From contig NW_027191407.1 in the NCBI RefSeq assembly GCF_041146345.1, forward strand, positions 558,001 to 618,374: 60,374 nucleotides of DNA, given 5' to 3'. Below, one piece after another: positions 26,496 through 38,836 of the stretch. The position numbers and the translations under genes were made by a program. This DNA is from Neodothiora populina. Taxonomy: Eukaryota. Position 1 is the stretch's first letter. Each line of letters begins with the position of its first letter. Under the pieces are notes generated by a model, which was not told where the DNA came from, made no database searches, and saw only the letters and a program-made list of their open reading frames with translations.

Positions 26496-28051
26496 TGGAA
26501 AGGCGTCTACCGATGCTCAGAAAGTATGAGGCAGATTGATGTGTTGAGCTCGCTGAAGATATCGTTAAAATGCATCCGCTGTATTATAGTCGTATCCATC
26601 ATCTGTAGCCACAAGGTCTTGATGTCGACGGGTTTCATTTTACATCTGGATGGTCAGTCTCCTGGCTTGGCCTTTTGTTCCGCAACAAAACGACGTCGAT
26701 ATCAGGGTACGGTACTTTCGCAATATCTGCATGCCCAGAGCGCTAGTAGCTGCCCAATTCCAGTCTTTCGGTAAAGCAGACCCCTTCAACAATCTATCAG
26801 CCATAAATAGGCAATATAGAGACTACTTTACTGTGTTCAAAGGTCGATGCACGGCCATCAGGCTCTCAAAACCCGATGCTTAGCTTGAGACGTGCCAGGT
26901 CAGCCACAATCCGACGACGAACGCGAAAACGTCCTCATCCCAGCGCACTGGTACTGACAACTTCTCAGCTTCATTAGCTTTCTCCGATACTTGGCGACTT
27001 GAAGGAACCGGCCAGTCGCGCAATGAGGAACCAGATGAGTTCATCTACTGTGTATGGAACATTGGTCAGGATGTTCATACGAAATTGAGCCAGTCGATCT
27101 TAAGTCTGCGAACCTTGGACTATCTGTACAACTCGTGATTGAATGCGTGATTGATTAGTCTGAGACGCATTCTTATCCACAATTGTCGCTTGTGTTGATG
27201 ATTGATCTTCTCACGTTCAACTGTAGCCAGCCGTTAAAAGACTGTAGGTAAGGCTTGTTGCGTATCGTACGATTCTATATAATCACTGGGGTCGCGCCAG
27301 GGAAGAATATCTTATCATCTAATGTCGGCTCGAGGAGTTCAATATATGATCGGATGGAGTTAGCATCGTGCACCTCTTCGTTGCACAAAGATGTTACAAC
27401 AGAGTCTACCCGCACTGGGCAGGCGACCCGAAGTTCTGGTTCCGCATGATTAGCTCATTGGAAGTGGTGTTCCGTTATTGATTGGGCTGCCAACACTGCC
27501 CCACACGCCATATATATGGCCTTATACAATGACCCGTGCAACGTTCATGAAGACATGAGATCACATTTCGCCTGAATACAAGTAAATTGAGGCGACTGAG
27601 GAATCTTCGCCGATTGGTGTTCGCGAGAAGAGATATCATAATGCAAAACACCGGACGCAATGCTCTTTAGAAGATTGGGGTCTGGAACAAGTTCGGAGCG
27701 CTACCAAGATCATGATAGAACGGCTAATTCGAGTACGCAATCGATTGTCCGCGATGATTCTACGCGTATACGTTTCTACAGTACTGCAGCACGCGATCGC
27801 GAGCTAAAAAAAATTGACCAAGTGCTACTCGAAAGCTAGTGTTGACTACATGCTAGAATGTATGCCGATGCGCAGGTCAAGACATCGAAGCCTCGCAGGG
27901 ACTAGATATTCCTTATCTAATCTGGCTATGCAGTGTAGCTATATTGCTTCGTATAGGTATTCATCCATGTTTCTTCCTTGACCCTCCATTCGATCTTTTA
28001 GTTAGTTCTGCTATGATTTGTGAGCGCTGAAGCTTCGAACTTCCAGCGACA

Positions 28052-29771
28052 ATGACCTCTAAAAGCGAAATCGTCAATGTTCTCGCAGATGAGCAAGGCG
28101 GTGATGCACATGAGCTCACTGAGCAAGACGAGCAGACTCAGGAAGTGATTGAATCCGTACCGCTCAAGTACCGAGGTACAAGAGCAGACAAAAGAGATAT
28201 GCATGTCCTGGGTAAAGATCAGGTCCTGCGTGTAAGTGTGCTGATACTTGATGATGTGCCAAATGTCTGATATCCAGGCTGACTTCCGATAGCGCAACTT
28301 CAAGTTCTTGACCATATTAGGCTTCGCAAGTACCGTCATAGCTTCGTGGGAACTACTACTACCGTGAGTTAGAGCATTCTGCTTTGCCATTAATCGAGGC
28401 ACGCTGACTATGATCCCAGACTCTTCAGCTTCGCCCTGACTGACGGTGGGACTGCAATCCTCTTCTGGGGATTTATCGTCTTGACATTCGTGATGCTTTT
28501 GGTATACGCTAGTATCGCGGAAATGGCGTCCATGTCACCCACGTCTGGTGGCCAGTATCACTGGGTTGCTGAATACTCGCCACCAAGATTCCGAAAGTTC
28601 TTAAGCTACATGATCGGTTGGCTTCTAGCCGTGCATATGCCACTTCTGGAAGGTAGCGTTTTGATACTGCATCTCGTCGGATTCTTCGCTATCATCATTC
28701 CTCTTTAGGTCATGGCACAGAGGGCAAGCGCATACGACGCATTGATTAAGTTCACCAACAATGGGAATTGGTCATCGACAGGATTGTCTGCAATGATTGG
28801 TCTCTCGGCATCTCCACTAAGCGTTCTTATTAGATATAATTGTTCTGTACACATGTGTGAGTTACTAAATTTCAACGTTCTCCTGTCCAATCTAGGTTTT
28901 CTAAGAATTCAATGGGACTAATTGAGTTTCGGAGGAACAGCCGAAGAAATTCAGGACGCATCTCTCACTTTACTAAAAGCAATAATGTGGTCTGTCGGTC
29001 CGAATGCCTTCCTTGGCTTCATCATAGCTGTCACGTTATGCTTTACTCTCGGCGATATTGACAACATTCTTGCGACACCGACTAGGGAACCATTCATCCA
29101 GATTTTCTATAACGCCACACGCAGCCTCGCAAGGACAGATGTTATGTGTGCGGTGGTCGTTGTGATGCTGTGCTTATGCTGCGTTAGCGAAGTCGCTACT
29201 GCCTCACGCTAGATATGGTCCTTTACTAGAGACCGGGGTTTGCTAGGATTAAGCTGGCTTTCGACTGTGAGCGATAGTCCAACTCGTACGAAAGAGAGGG
29301 TGGATGGAATATTAATATTGACTGATCTTGCTACAGGTGACACCGGGCTAGAACATCTTAGTACGAGCTGTCAGTGTTTCTTTCGTCGTTACATCACTTC
29401 TAGCTTGCATAAATCTAAGTTCATTAGTCGCTCTTAATGCGATTAACTCGCTGGGCGGTGTCTCCATCCTGACATCTTACATCATCACCATCGGCTGTCT
29501 AATATGGAGACGACTATGTGGGCCACCTCTACCTCCTTATAGATGGTCCTTAAGCAAATATGGTCTTCCGATCAACATCGCAGCACTGGTGCTACTCTTA
29601 CCTATATGGTTCTTCATGTTCTAGCTATTAGCAATTCCGGTGACTGCAGCAGGAATGAACTGGTCAAGTACCATGTTTGGCGGAATTATGATAATCGCGT
29701 TGCTGTACTATTTCTTTAAAGGCAGGCACGAGTATATTGATCCTGTGGCACTTATGAAAAGGGAGACGTGA
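28052..29771 (+). pseudogene. APC amino-acid/GABA permease (choline transporter-like), heavily mutated
   Basis: Motifs MHVLGKDQVLR, RNFKFLTILGF, AEMASMSPTSGGQYHWV and AEEIQDAS. TAG stops at 28706, 29210, 29349 and 29622. There is an apparent internal deletion near 28630. Confidence 0.85.
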
Positions 29772-30259
29772 ATGCACTTTTATAGCAAATGTCGATGGGA
29801 AGAACGCATGTAGTCAGAGAACGAAACTGTCCAGCACCGCGACAACGCATACAGCCGACATTACGATGATAACGTTTGAAGTAGATCGAACCCAAACGTG
29901 TTGGCATCGTGCGGACGAAATGGTGGAAGCGATCTAAAAGACTACAGTAGGCATCCCAGCCCGCGAGCCTCATCCTATCGCGAGATGACTGTGCGTTAGG
30001 CTGAGCATACGCAAGATACCGATGTCAATCCAATCCCAATCCAATTCTGACAATACTTTATTCACGTGTAGGAGCCGGCACAGCGAAACAATGGCTGTTA
30101 TCACGCCTCACGTCTCCGAGGCGCGGAGTTTCGCAGACTAATTTCTACCCGACTCAACCAGATGTAAATTTGCCAAACTCTTCACAGACTATATACCGTC
30201 AGACACCCCGTTCGCCGTGTTGTAATCGACATTTCCTCACTTTGGCCCACCACAGTTGT

Positions 30260-30741
30260 GGATCTTCATCAAGATATGTATTACTACAGGTCTGGCAGCA
30301 AGGTAGAGCTTGATACCCCCTGACCAAGCCAAGTTTCCATTACTTGATGCCGGTAACGATGTCGGTAAGTAAGATGGTCCTATCTTGACGCACTTCTGGC
30401 TGTCTGAGATCGTCTGATAGGCAAAATCGTGAAAAGCTATACTAAAGAACAGTGGCAAGTTGGATGACAAGCAGGTCTTGGCTGCCACCGCTTGCTACAC
30501 GCCTCGGCAATTTCTGAAGAAGTTCGAGGACGTTATTGGCAAGAAGGCACAATATCTCCAGTTGACCAACGAGCAATACATGTCTGCCAAAGAAAATCGC
30601 CGAGGGGCTGCTGGAAATCCACTTATTCGTGGAAGACCCCGGCTACTACAATGGTACTTCGCTTAACGAAAGCCTGGCTCTGCTTGACGATAGGCCCACC
30701 AGCTGGAAAGATTTTCTTGAACAGAATGACTACTTCAAGTA
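30260..30741 (+). pseudogene. NmrA-like (atypical SDR) C-terminal remnant
   Basis: Manual translation gives KFPLLDAGNDVG, an intron, KIVKAILKN..KQVLAATACYTP..GKKAQY, a frameshift, then LFVEDPGYYNG..L.ESL.LLDDRPTSWKDFL*. No N-terminal Rossmann part is visible. Confidence 0.6.
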
Positions 30742-31535
30742 AGGTGGTATACTTTCGAAACGACGAAGAGGTGTACTCGTACGAGTCATGACCTCGAGTA
30801 CATTATAATGCCTTCGTATGATTGAGGAAATTGACAGGGGAACGACTTGTTCATGTTTGACAAAGCTCGGGCGAAATGTAGCTGGCTTGCACCTAGTAAT
30901 GGCTCCTGCTGTAGCTTACTCAATCACCCGAATGATATTGGGCAATACCCTTCGCGCCCTTTGACGTGTCTTGTTATGTACTCAGCACATATGAGGTGCT
31001 TAGGTCTACTGTGTGTATAACATAAGAGGTATTGATCTGCGACATATTGCCCGGTTTTGTTGTTGTCCTGGCGAGAACATGTCCATTGATGCAGGTTATG
31101 AATGTGTATCTGAAAAGTTGAGAATTGATTCAGATTTTCGAGTCGCACTCGCTGCGACTTGGCGCGATGAGTATCCCACGCTCACCAGAGCTATCTAAGC
31201 ACGATCAATACCTCGGCATTAGCATTCACGGGAGACAAATCACGAAAGATAGACACTAGTCGAATCTACTGTGTCATGCGAGACCATTTGAAATAAGCGT
31301 TTGCGTTTGCGAGCATTTATTGCTTCCGCAGCGCCCCCGGGGCGCTATACTATTCTCGGAAGCTCGGCAAGATGCAATATACAGAGTGCTATCGTACCAC
31401 AATGTATATTTTTCGTAAACATAAAAGGTAAGGTAGATGCTATGGTCAGCTCATGTGCAAGACCACATATGCGACTGACTCTTATCGGTCACTCAAGTCC
31501 GTTGATTGTTTGGAACTCCACTCAGCCTTAGGAAC

Positions 31536-32261
31536 ATGACATCAGAAGGATCGATCGCGGGCCGCGCATTGTTCGACGGCCTTAACAAGGCATACGAAGA
31601 TGCTTATCAAAACAACCCGTATAAAACAGCTATTGTCTCCCATGCAATCTCTTTGCTACAAAGTTCAGCCAACTCTGAGTCACTAATCCGGGTACTGGAT
31701 GTTGATTGTAGTACGGGCATACCGGTCAGCCGGATGCTCGCCAATGCGGATTTCGAAGTCCATGGCTTCGATATCGCACCAACAATGGTTGACCTTGCTG
31801 AATCTCGAGTACGGGGGAACTTCACAGTGGGAGACATGTTGACATATGAGCCCCAGGATGACTTTGCGGGTGTCTTCATGATCTTTGCGCATCTCCAATT
31901 GACATATGCCGATTTCCAAGCCGCCTGCTTCAAGTTCGCGCAGGCGTTACAGCCAGGTGGCTTGCTCACCATTGGACAAATGCCTGCAGATAATTATGTT
32001 ATAGACGAGAGAGCCTACGACCATAGTCGTTCTTGGGTGGAGAACTACGACACCGCTTTCATGGGCGAGCCGCTTCCTACATTCATGATAGCACAGGGTC
32101 AGAGAAACTTCTTAACAAGTATGGGTCTGCAGATCGTGGAGGAATCTCTAGATGTCTTCCAACCGGAGAATTCGATATGTGCACCGGAAGATCAGCAATA
32201 CATTATTGCAAGAAGGACCGGAAGGGATCCGTTGAAGCCTCCACAACCATTGCCTCGTTAG
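31536..32261 (+). CDS. Class I SAM-dependent methyltransferase; open frame but degenerate motif I (possible pseudogene)
   Basis: RVLDVDCSTG where the consensus is VLDVGCGTG. Also VHGFDIAPTMV and ALQPGGLL. Confidence 0.75.
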   Translation: MTSEGSIAGRALFDGLNKAYEDAYQNNPYKTAIVSHAISLLQSSANSESLIRVLDVDCSTGIPVSRMLANADFEVHGFDIAPTMVDLAESRVRGNFTVGDMLTYEPQDDFAGVFMIFAHLQLTYADFQAACFKFAQALQPGGLLTIGQMPADNYVIDERAYDHSRSWVENYDTAFMGEPLPTFMIAQGQRNFLTSMGLQIVEESLDVFQPENSICAPEDQQYIIARRTGRDPLKPPQPLPR

Positions 32262-32683
32262 TAGATATAAACGACATTCCGAGTCTGAAGATAGTACCAT
32301 GGTAAATTGTATATCATGATACGTCGTCAAATAAGTTCCTACTGGTTCTCAGCAGGGACCATTGCACTGAACACGATTATGGACCACTAGATGCGAACAA
32401 AATTTCTAGCTCATCTTTGCACAGCAGTGGAAATGTAAAGATACGTTCGGCAATGACACGTCAACCATACGTACTACAGAGTTGTTGATATCTTTCCACG
32501 CTCGTAGAACGAGCTAGACTTGGAAGTTTGTGATGGCGCGCATTCCGAATGCTAGCCTCGAGCCTGAGTAGCTATTCATTATTTTACGACCAGCTATTGA
32601 ACCTATCTGGACACTTCTATCAAAGTTCATGCGGTCGGCGAATCCGATAGGCCCAATGTCCTATTGTCGGATAGTATCATGAA

Positions 32684-33644
32684 TCACAACTTGTCAAAGG
32701 CCTTGACCGCTTCCTCAGCAGTAACGTGAGCGCTAGCAGGGTTGGCACCAGTCACGATTCTACCGTCAGTGTAACTGAATGCAGCCCAAGGGCCAGGAGG
32801 AGCAACATCTGCACGATGTTAGTTCTCTTCTGCGGTTCTATCTCATGTAGACTTACAGGTAGCACCGGAATCCTTCGCCGCCTTTTCAATCGTAGGTCTA
32901 TTCCAGCTATTGATGGTATCGAGCACGCCCTCTTCTTCTTCGCCTTGAGTCGTGAAGCCGGTAACCTTTTTACCCGAAATTATCGACTTTTGTGTAGAGG
33001 GATCAATGATGCCTGGGAATATCGCTCCTCCGTGGCAGCTGATGAAACTGGGTCAGCAGGACATCTCCGGAGCATCATTGTACAAGGGCAAACAAAACTT
33101 ACACTGCAGAGATGATACTACCATGAGTATACATCTGTGCGGCAATCGACTGCAGACCTAAGGTATCTTGCTTAGCACTTATCTCATTAGTTGTGGAAAA
33201 AGAAATCAAACCTTTTGCGTCGGGATAGTCGATCAAACTAGCATGTCCGGCAGAGGCAAAGAATAATCCATACTGTCAGATAATTGTAAGACACAGGTCC
33301 CCCATAGTAATTCGAATCAGCTGTACTCATGCATCACCGAGACTCACGTTGCTCCAGTCAATATCTTGCGGTTTCAGCAGATTGTCTAGCTTTCTTCGAA
33401 ACTCCGTGCTATGGTCTTCCCAGACCTTGCGGTCCTCCTCTGGCAGCCAATCCTTCTGCTGACTCAGCCAGTCCGGCGAGTAATCGCCAGTCTCGCTCAC
33501 AAGATCAACGTCAAACCCGGCGGCCTTGAACACGTTGAAGGGATGCAAAGCCTCGGTGATGAAAAGACCAGTTTCCTTGCCATCAGGATAGAGCGGTGCA
33601 TGAGCCGAGGTAATGGCAATCAATGCTTTGCGGGGAGGACTCAT
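32684..33644 (-). CDS. DJ-1/PfpI family, Hsp31-like glutathione-independent glyoxalase, 5 exons
   Basis: Motifs TGLFITEALHP, YGLFFASAGH, catalytic SAV/CHG split by an intron, KKVTGFT and DGRIVTGANPASA. No stops were seen after splicing. Confidence 0.88.
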
Positions 33645-34960
33645 GGTGGCGGGTGTAGGTTGTCGGAATATCTGCTGGATATTAAGGTAATCTGGACTAT
33701 GCGTTTCTAAAGTAACACACATGTCAATTGTGACTGGGCAACAGATGTTATTTGAACATGGGCGGACCCAGTACTTCGAGGTCAACGATCGACCTCCGGA
33801 CGACCCTGGATGATGGAGCTCCAAGCCAAGCTGCGTTGCACGTCGCGCACGCTTACCTGATATACCGATTCCAACGTCTATTACAGTGGAGTATATGCCA
33901 AGGAATGAGGAAAGTCTGCTGTCATCACTGTCTGGAGCGTCTGCCGAAGCTTCGGCAGTCCCTGGTTGTCCTACTATGAGGCTAAATCATGTCAAACATA
34001 AACGTTCGTGGGTACGGTATGCGTCATATGGAAGAGCATATCGTCGACAGCACGGTTGCCCACGGGACTCGGTCTAATCAGCCTGGCTATCGCCAAGAAA
34101 GATCTACGGAAAGTTACGAGCAGCGATGGAAAGCCCAACTCGGATTGTCGATCGTCGCAATGTTCTGCAAACATGGCCATTTGTAGTCCCCTCTCAGTTT
34201 GTATCTAGGTTATATCTGGATTTGTGCCATATCTTCGTTCCGCATGTCGACTCCTACGAACTTGACTACGACAATCCAGACAGAGTACATCAGGCAAGTA
34301 CATCAGACACTATCGCCGTCCACGTGTAAGCTATTCCTCCATACTGTTGGGGTTTCTGCCTTATGCAATGAGAGGGGCGGCAGGCCGTGTTTCGAGATGG
34401 CTGACGACCGAGGTTGAACACAACCATCTGTATGCAGCTAAATCCGTGCTACGCTAAATCGAGGCATGATAACCTTACGATCATCCAAGAGCTTCCATGG
34501 TGCATCAAGATTGATGACGAACCATAAGCTCCCACAAATCGCCTTGTGCAACACGTTACTAGGCAGCTAGGTAATTTTCGGTTGGTCGGACGGTAGAGTG
34601 AGAGAGGAGCACTGCACAAATGAAGTCACCTTACCATGCAATTTTATTTAGATTTCAGTTAACTCCGGATTGCCGTCGTGCTTGAAGCGGGGTTTACAAA
34701 GCAGTCAGACGGACAGGATCTGCGTAAGACGGGATGAAGCTTACTAAGTACCTCCATCACACCAAGTACTCACACTGCGCAGAGCTGTCAGCATATGCAC
34801 CGGATGATAAGACAAGGTCCTAGTAGTGTGTACTATTTGATCACTGAATCATGACTGTCATGGCACCAATATTTACAAGTAAGACTTACTGTAACGTCAG
34901 CTGCAATCATCAACTTCAAAGCTACATCCATCTGAATTTTAACCATCTAAATCGCACACC

Positions 34961-35550
34961 ATGTCGACGTGAGGAAGATTCCCCCTAGGCGGATCAGAGA
35001 TATCATCTACCAGAGCTACGGCAACTTGTTTTTGCAAGGCTGTTCAACTTGAGTTTGTATGCATATCCCTACCTCAACCATGATCACAAGAATTTTATCG
35101 TTCGGCCATTAGCGCTCGGATCCCAGATGCTGACGATATGACTATCAGCCAACGGAAGGGGATGATCTCTATGATACTTTCCTCTGCAACTGCACGAATT
35201 GCAAGAAGATTACTGCCTCGATGTTTGCATCCAACTTCATCGTGAAGAGTGCCGCGATAAAACATATCCGAGGTCAGGACGTTCTTACCAAATTCGCGCA
35301 GTCGAAGAGTATCGACAGTGGGAACACAATGTCGAACTACTTTTGCAGCATTTGTGGGACCTTGATGTACCGCATCAGTAGCGGGTCCAGTGACAAATTA
35401 GTTATGAGAATTGGTACAGTGGATGATTTCCTGCTGCACGAAACCAAGTTGAAACCAAAGATCGAGCAATTCTGTAAGGACCGTGTGAGTTGGCTCACAG
35501 GAGGGACTGGCATAGAACAGCACGAAGGAAATTATTATAATGGGAAGTGA
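34961..35550 (+). pseudogene. GFA/Mss4-like (CENP-V/DUF636) zinc protein with TGA at codon 4
   Basis: ATG TCG ACG TGA is followed in frame by ...TATCFCKAVQLEF, an intron (~35057-35148), FLCNCTNCKK, YFCSICGT and RIGTVDDF..HET.LKP.IEQF.K.RV.W. Confidence 0.75.
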
Positions 35551-36459
35551 ATACGACCACTAGATCGAGAACAAGTTGGTGATAGTATGAGATGGGACAG
35601 CAAGGATTCGACAAATGCTGGGACGATGAGTAAGGTCAGGGAGACGCACCCTTTTATCTACAAGTTTTATGCTCCGTCAGCCAGGAAGGTCTTACTAGAC
35701 ACGCGCTTCCTCGCCATATGATCAACTTGAACGAATATATACTGCGCGGTAGCTCATGGATGTGATGGACTATATCATGTACATTCGATGCAGTGACGAG
35801 GAGCTTGAGGTCCGTTGTCGCAGGTGCCCTTGAAGCTGCAGCTCTTCGAATGCACAAATTATGGCCCACTCGTTCTACCTTTATGATATGTTGTGAACAG
35901 AAGCGAGAGGAGCGAGTCAAAGATTGTAAGGTCCCAATTATAATGTGCGGGTTGCATTGCTTAGAGGCATACAGATGCGACTAACGGTCATCCATGCAAT
36001 AAGGAGAGGTCTCGATTGTCTGTAGCGATGTTCAGCTGTCTGAAACCCTGTTGATATCCATGAGATAGACTCTCGAAGTAGCCTTGGAGTTTCATGAGTA
36101 GCTCAAGCAACGTAGCGAAGCTCGACTCGGCGCTCAAATTCCAATCGCCAATGTCTTTCCTATCGTGCTACTGCTGGCGCCATACCATTATCTTATGTCA
36201 TCATCATTTCGCATTTCTATTCCAGAGTATCTTCTTGGAGTTGTCTAGTGGCAACAGAACATGACAGCACGCATCACTTCTGGCCGAATAGTTGCCGTCT
36301 TAGGGTAAGTATCTTGGCATAGAAGCTTTGGATGTAAGGTCCTGCTACATACCTCGAACTACATCAAGGGTAAGCAGTTATTTTACGGTCATCGAAACGC
36401 TTGGAACATACTTTATCGCTTGCTTCGTTGTTTGCGTTGGCACGGAACCTGAGGTCTAC

Positions 36460-37010
36460 TCAAGCCCACTTGCCCAATAAACTCATGACTGCTAGCCCGA
36501 CAACCATACTCGTGCCACCGGAGAATACCCAGGTCCATGGAGCAGAAGCCAAGCGCCTCTGGGGCCAGTCACGGCCCAACATCTCTACTAGTCCCACCCA
36601 CAAGAGAATACCGGCACTCAGAGCGTTGAGTGTATCAATAGCTATGATTGTGGGACGATCATTCCCGTCGAAGTGGTTGAGAACTCCAATGCCAATGGCC
36701 ATACCTATGGGTGTGATCAGGGAAAATATAGTTTCCATGATTGCTTTTCCGCTGAAGGCGATTGTTAAATCCGCTATGCGACTGCCCAGTGCTATGCCTT
36801 CGAAGGTTTGCTGGAAGATAATCACTGCGAAGAGCATTTTGAAGAACGAGTCTCCGGCCACAACCAAAGTTAACCCGATGACTGTATTGTGTCAGTATCA
36901 TCTCATCGTTGACAGGACGATGAACTCACGTATTGAGTGAAAGACGACGCCTGCCTCGAGTATGATGACCTTCAGCTTGGCGAGACTCGCAGCGCTCTGC
37001 GCCCCTACTA
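36460..37010 (-). pseudogene. ZIP zinc/iron permease, 5'-truncated remnant
   Basis: LEAGVVFHSI, an intron, IGLTLVVAGD, FQQTFEGIALGSRIA (consensus FHQ.FEG), ITPIGMAIGIGV and MSLLGKWA*. No N-terminal TM segments are recognisable. Confidence 0.75.
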
Positions 37011-38039
37011 AAGAGCCCTGTTTGATCCTATAGTAGCTAGCGAGAGTGCAATTACAGGACACATGCTCTCTGCACCATAGGAGTCAACATCTTTGTGTTG
37101 AGAATCCTAGACTCCATCTTGTGGCATGGCGAGACGTGTTTTACCGCTAAGGCCCCAACGTAACGATCGCAGAAAGCAATCCCTTCGAGCATATCTGCTC
37201 CTCTGATAGTATTGGTCGCAAGGGCTCATCCCAACCTGAGCACAAGCGTCAACCGTCATAGGTGCGTGACTATGACCAAATCATAAACCCAGCAGGAGAC
37301 ATTCTCTCCCAAGCTATGGCATTGTATCGTTAGATATTATGCACAATACCGGAGCCCAGAAGCCTGGCTTTAGTGTCAATCCTTCAGGATGGACGTCGAG
37401 ACGGTATGATCGATTGATCGATTCAGGAATAATTGCCCGATGACTCCTATCAGACCAGAATTGGGGCTTTGATACGTGAAGTAAAGTCTTGTTTCCACTC
37501 CAGGTTTAGGTCGTGGCCAGTCTGTGCAGGACCTCAATGCTTGTGCGAGATTGAGGCCTCCTGGAAAAAAAGAAAATGGCCTCTAGTACTGTATCCATGG
37601 ATGAATAACAATCTTGACCTAAAAATGAATGGACGGGAAGATACCTATACTCTACCACGGAGCCTCTTTGATCACCATAATTGTGGGCGGCTGCAGGGAC
37701 ACAGCCAGCCCCACTATGCCGATACGCGAAGACCCGCTAATTACCCGAGTGCATAACACGTCAACCTCACCTCAAATACTGTGATAAGCTTCTTGCTGCA
37801 AGAGGAAGGAGCGGTCGCACTCCGACAAATCCTCTTATACAGGCCGATAAGTATCGCATGACTGACCACGTGTAGTCATCTGCCTCATCTTCGCCATTAC
37901 CTTGAAAGTTGATAGCGAATTCTCCTCATCTAGTCATCTCGCTTCTAATCCTTGCTTGACTCTTATTCCAAGGCTTAGGGTGTATTTCAACCTTCAGTAT
38001 CGCCCGGTCATCTTTCAACGCAATCTCGCAAACTTGCCG

Positions 38040-38836
38040 ATGAGTATGAGCATGCCATTTGTTGTGCAGCCGGTGACTGTTGCGGACGCATCTGCACTTG
38101 CTTCGGTGATGACGTACTCTCGATGGTGTGACATTCATTGGAAAGCTCTGTTTGAAGAATCAACGTTAGTCGAGGACGTTGCCTATGAGTGTGCACAGCG
38201 TTTACCATGGAATCTCATCAATGGTAGAGCAAAGAAGCGTCACCAGAAGACTGTTCACAAGGAGACGGGGGAGGTCGTTGCGTACGCGAGGTGGATCCTC
38301 CCGCAGCATCTATCAGATGCAGATAAAGCCAATGTTATCTGGGAAGACGCGCAGGTAGTTGATGTCAACATCGAGCAACAGCACATCTTCAAGAAAAACT
38401 TCGACAGTGTTACCGACGATGGTCAAATCAGGCACCTCAAAAAGGACCTTCTGAACTATCGAAGTACCCCTCTCGAGGAAGTAGACGCAAAATTCACGAA
38501 GAGCGGACCTTATCTAGGTGAGGCTCACAGATGTTCCATCAAGTAAGACTTGAAATTGACGTGGTCCACCTCAAAGGATTAGACTATCTAGCGACGGCAC
38601 CCCAGCATCAACGACAGGGTATCGGTGTACTAATGCTACAGAGTGGTCTCCGGGTAGCAGATGTATATGGTTTGAGGACCATTGTTACCGCTTCCCCAGC
38701 AGGCCTCAAGCTCTATCTCGATCATGGCTTTCGGCTTATAGAAACTGTCTCGGTGCATTATTCTCGATTCGGTGGGACGCAGAATACAGAGGACCACTTC
38801 ATGGTTAGAGAACCTCACTGTATCAGGGTAGATTAA
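38040..38836 (+). CDS. GNAT-family acetyltransferase, 2 exons (intron 38518-38576)
   Basis: ETGEVVAYARW, acetyl-CoA motif A LATAPQHQRQGIG, and ASPAGLKLY..HGF. Confidence 0.85.

Noticed and set aside
32642..32672. Imperfect inverted repeat just downstream of the DJ-1 gene
   Set aside because: It is short and bulged, compatible with chance, and intrinsic terminators are not expected in a fungus.
34969..34988. GTGAGG...CTAG mini-intron that would remove the GFA stop codon
   Set aside because: It is only 20 nt, has no branch point and would shift the frame.
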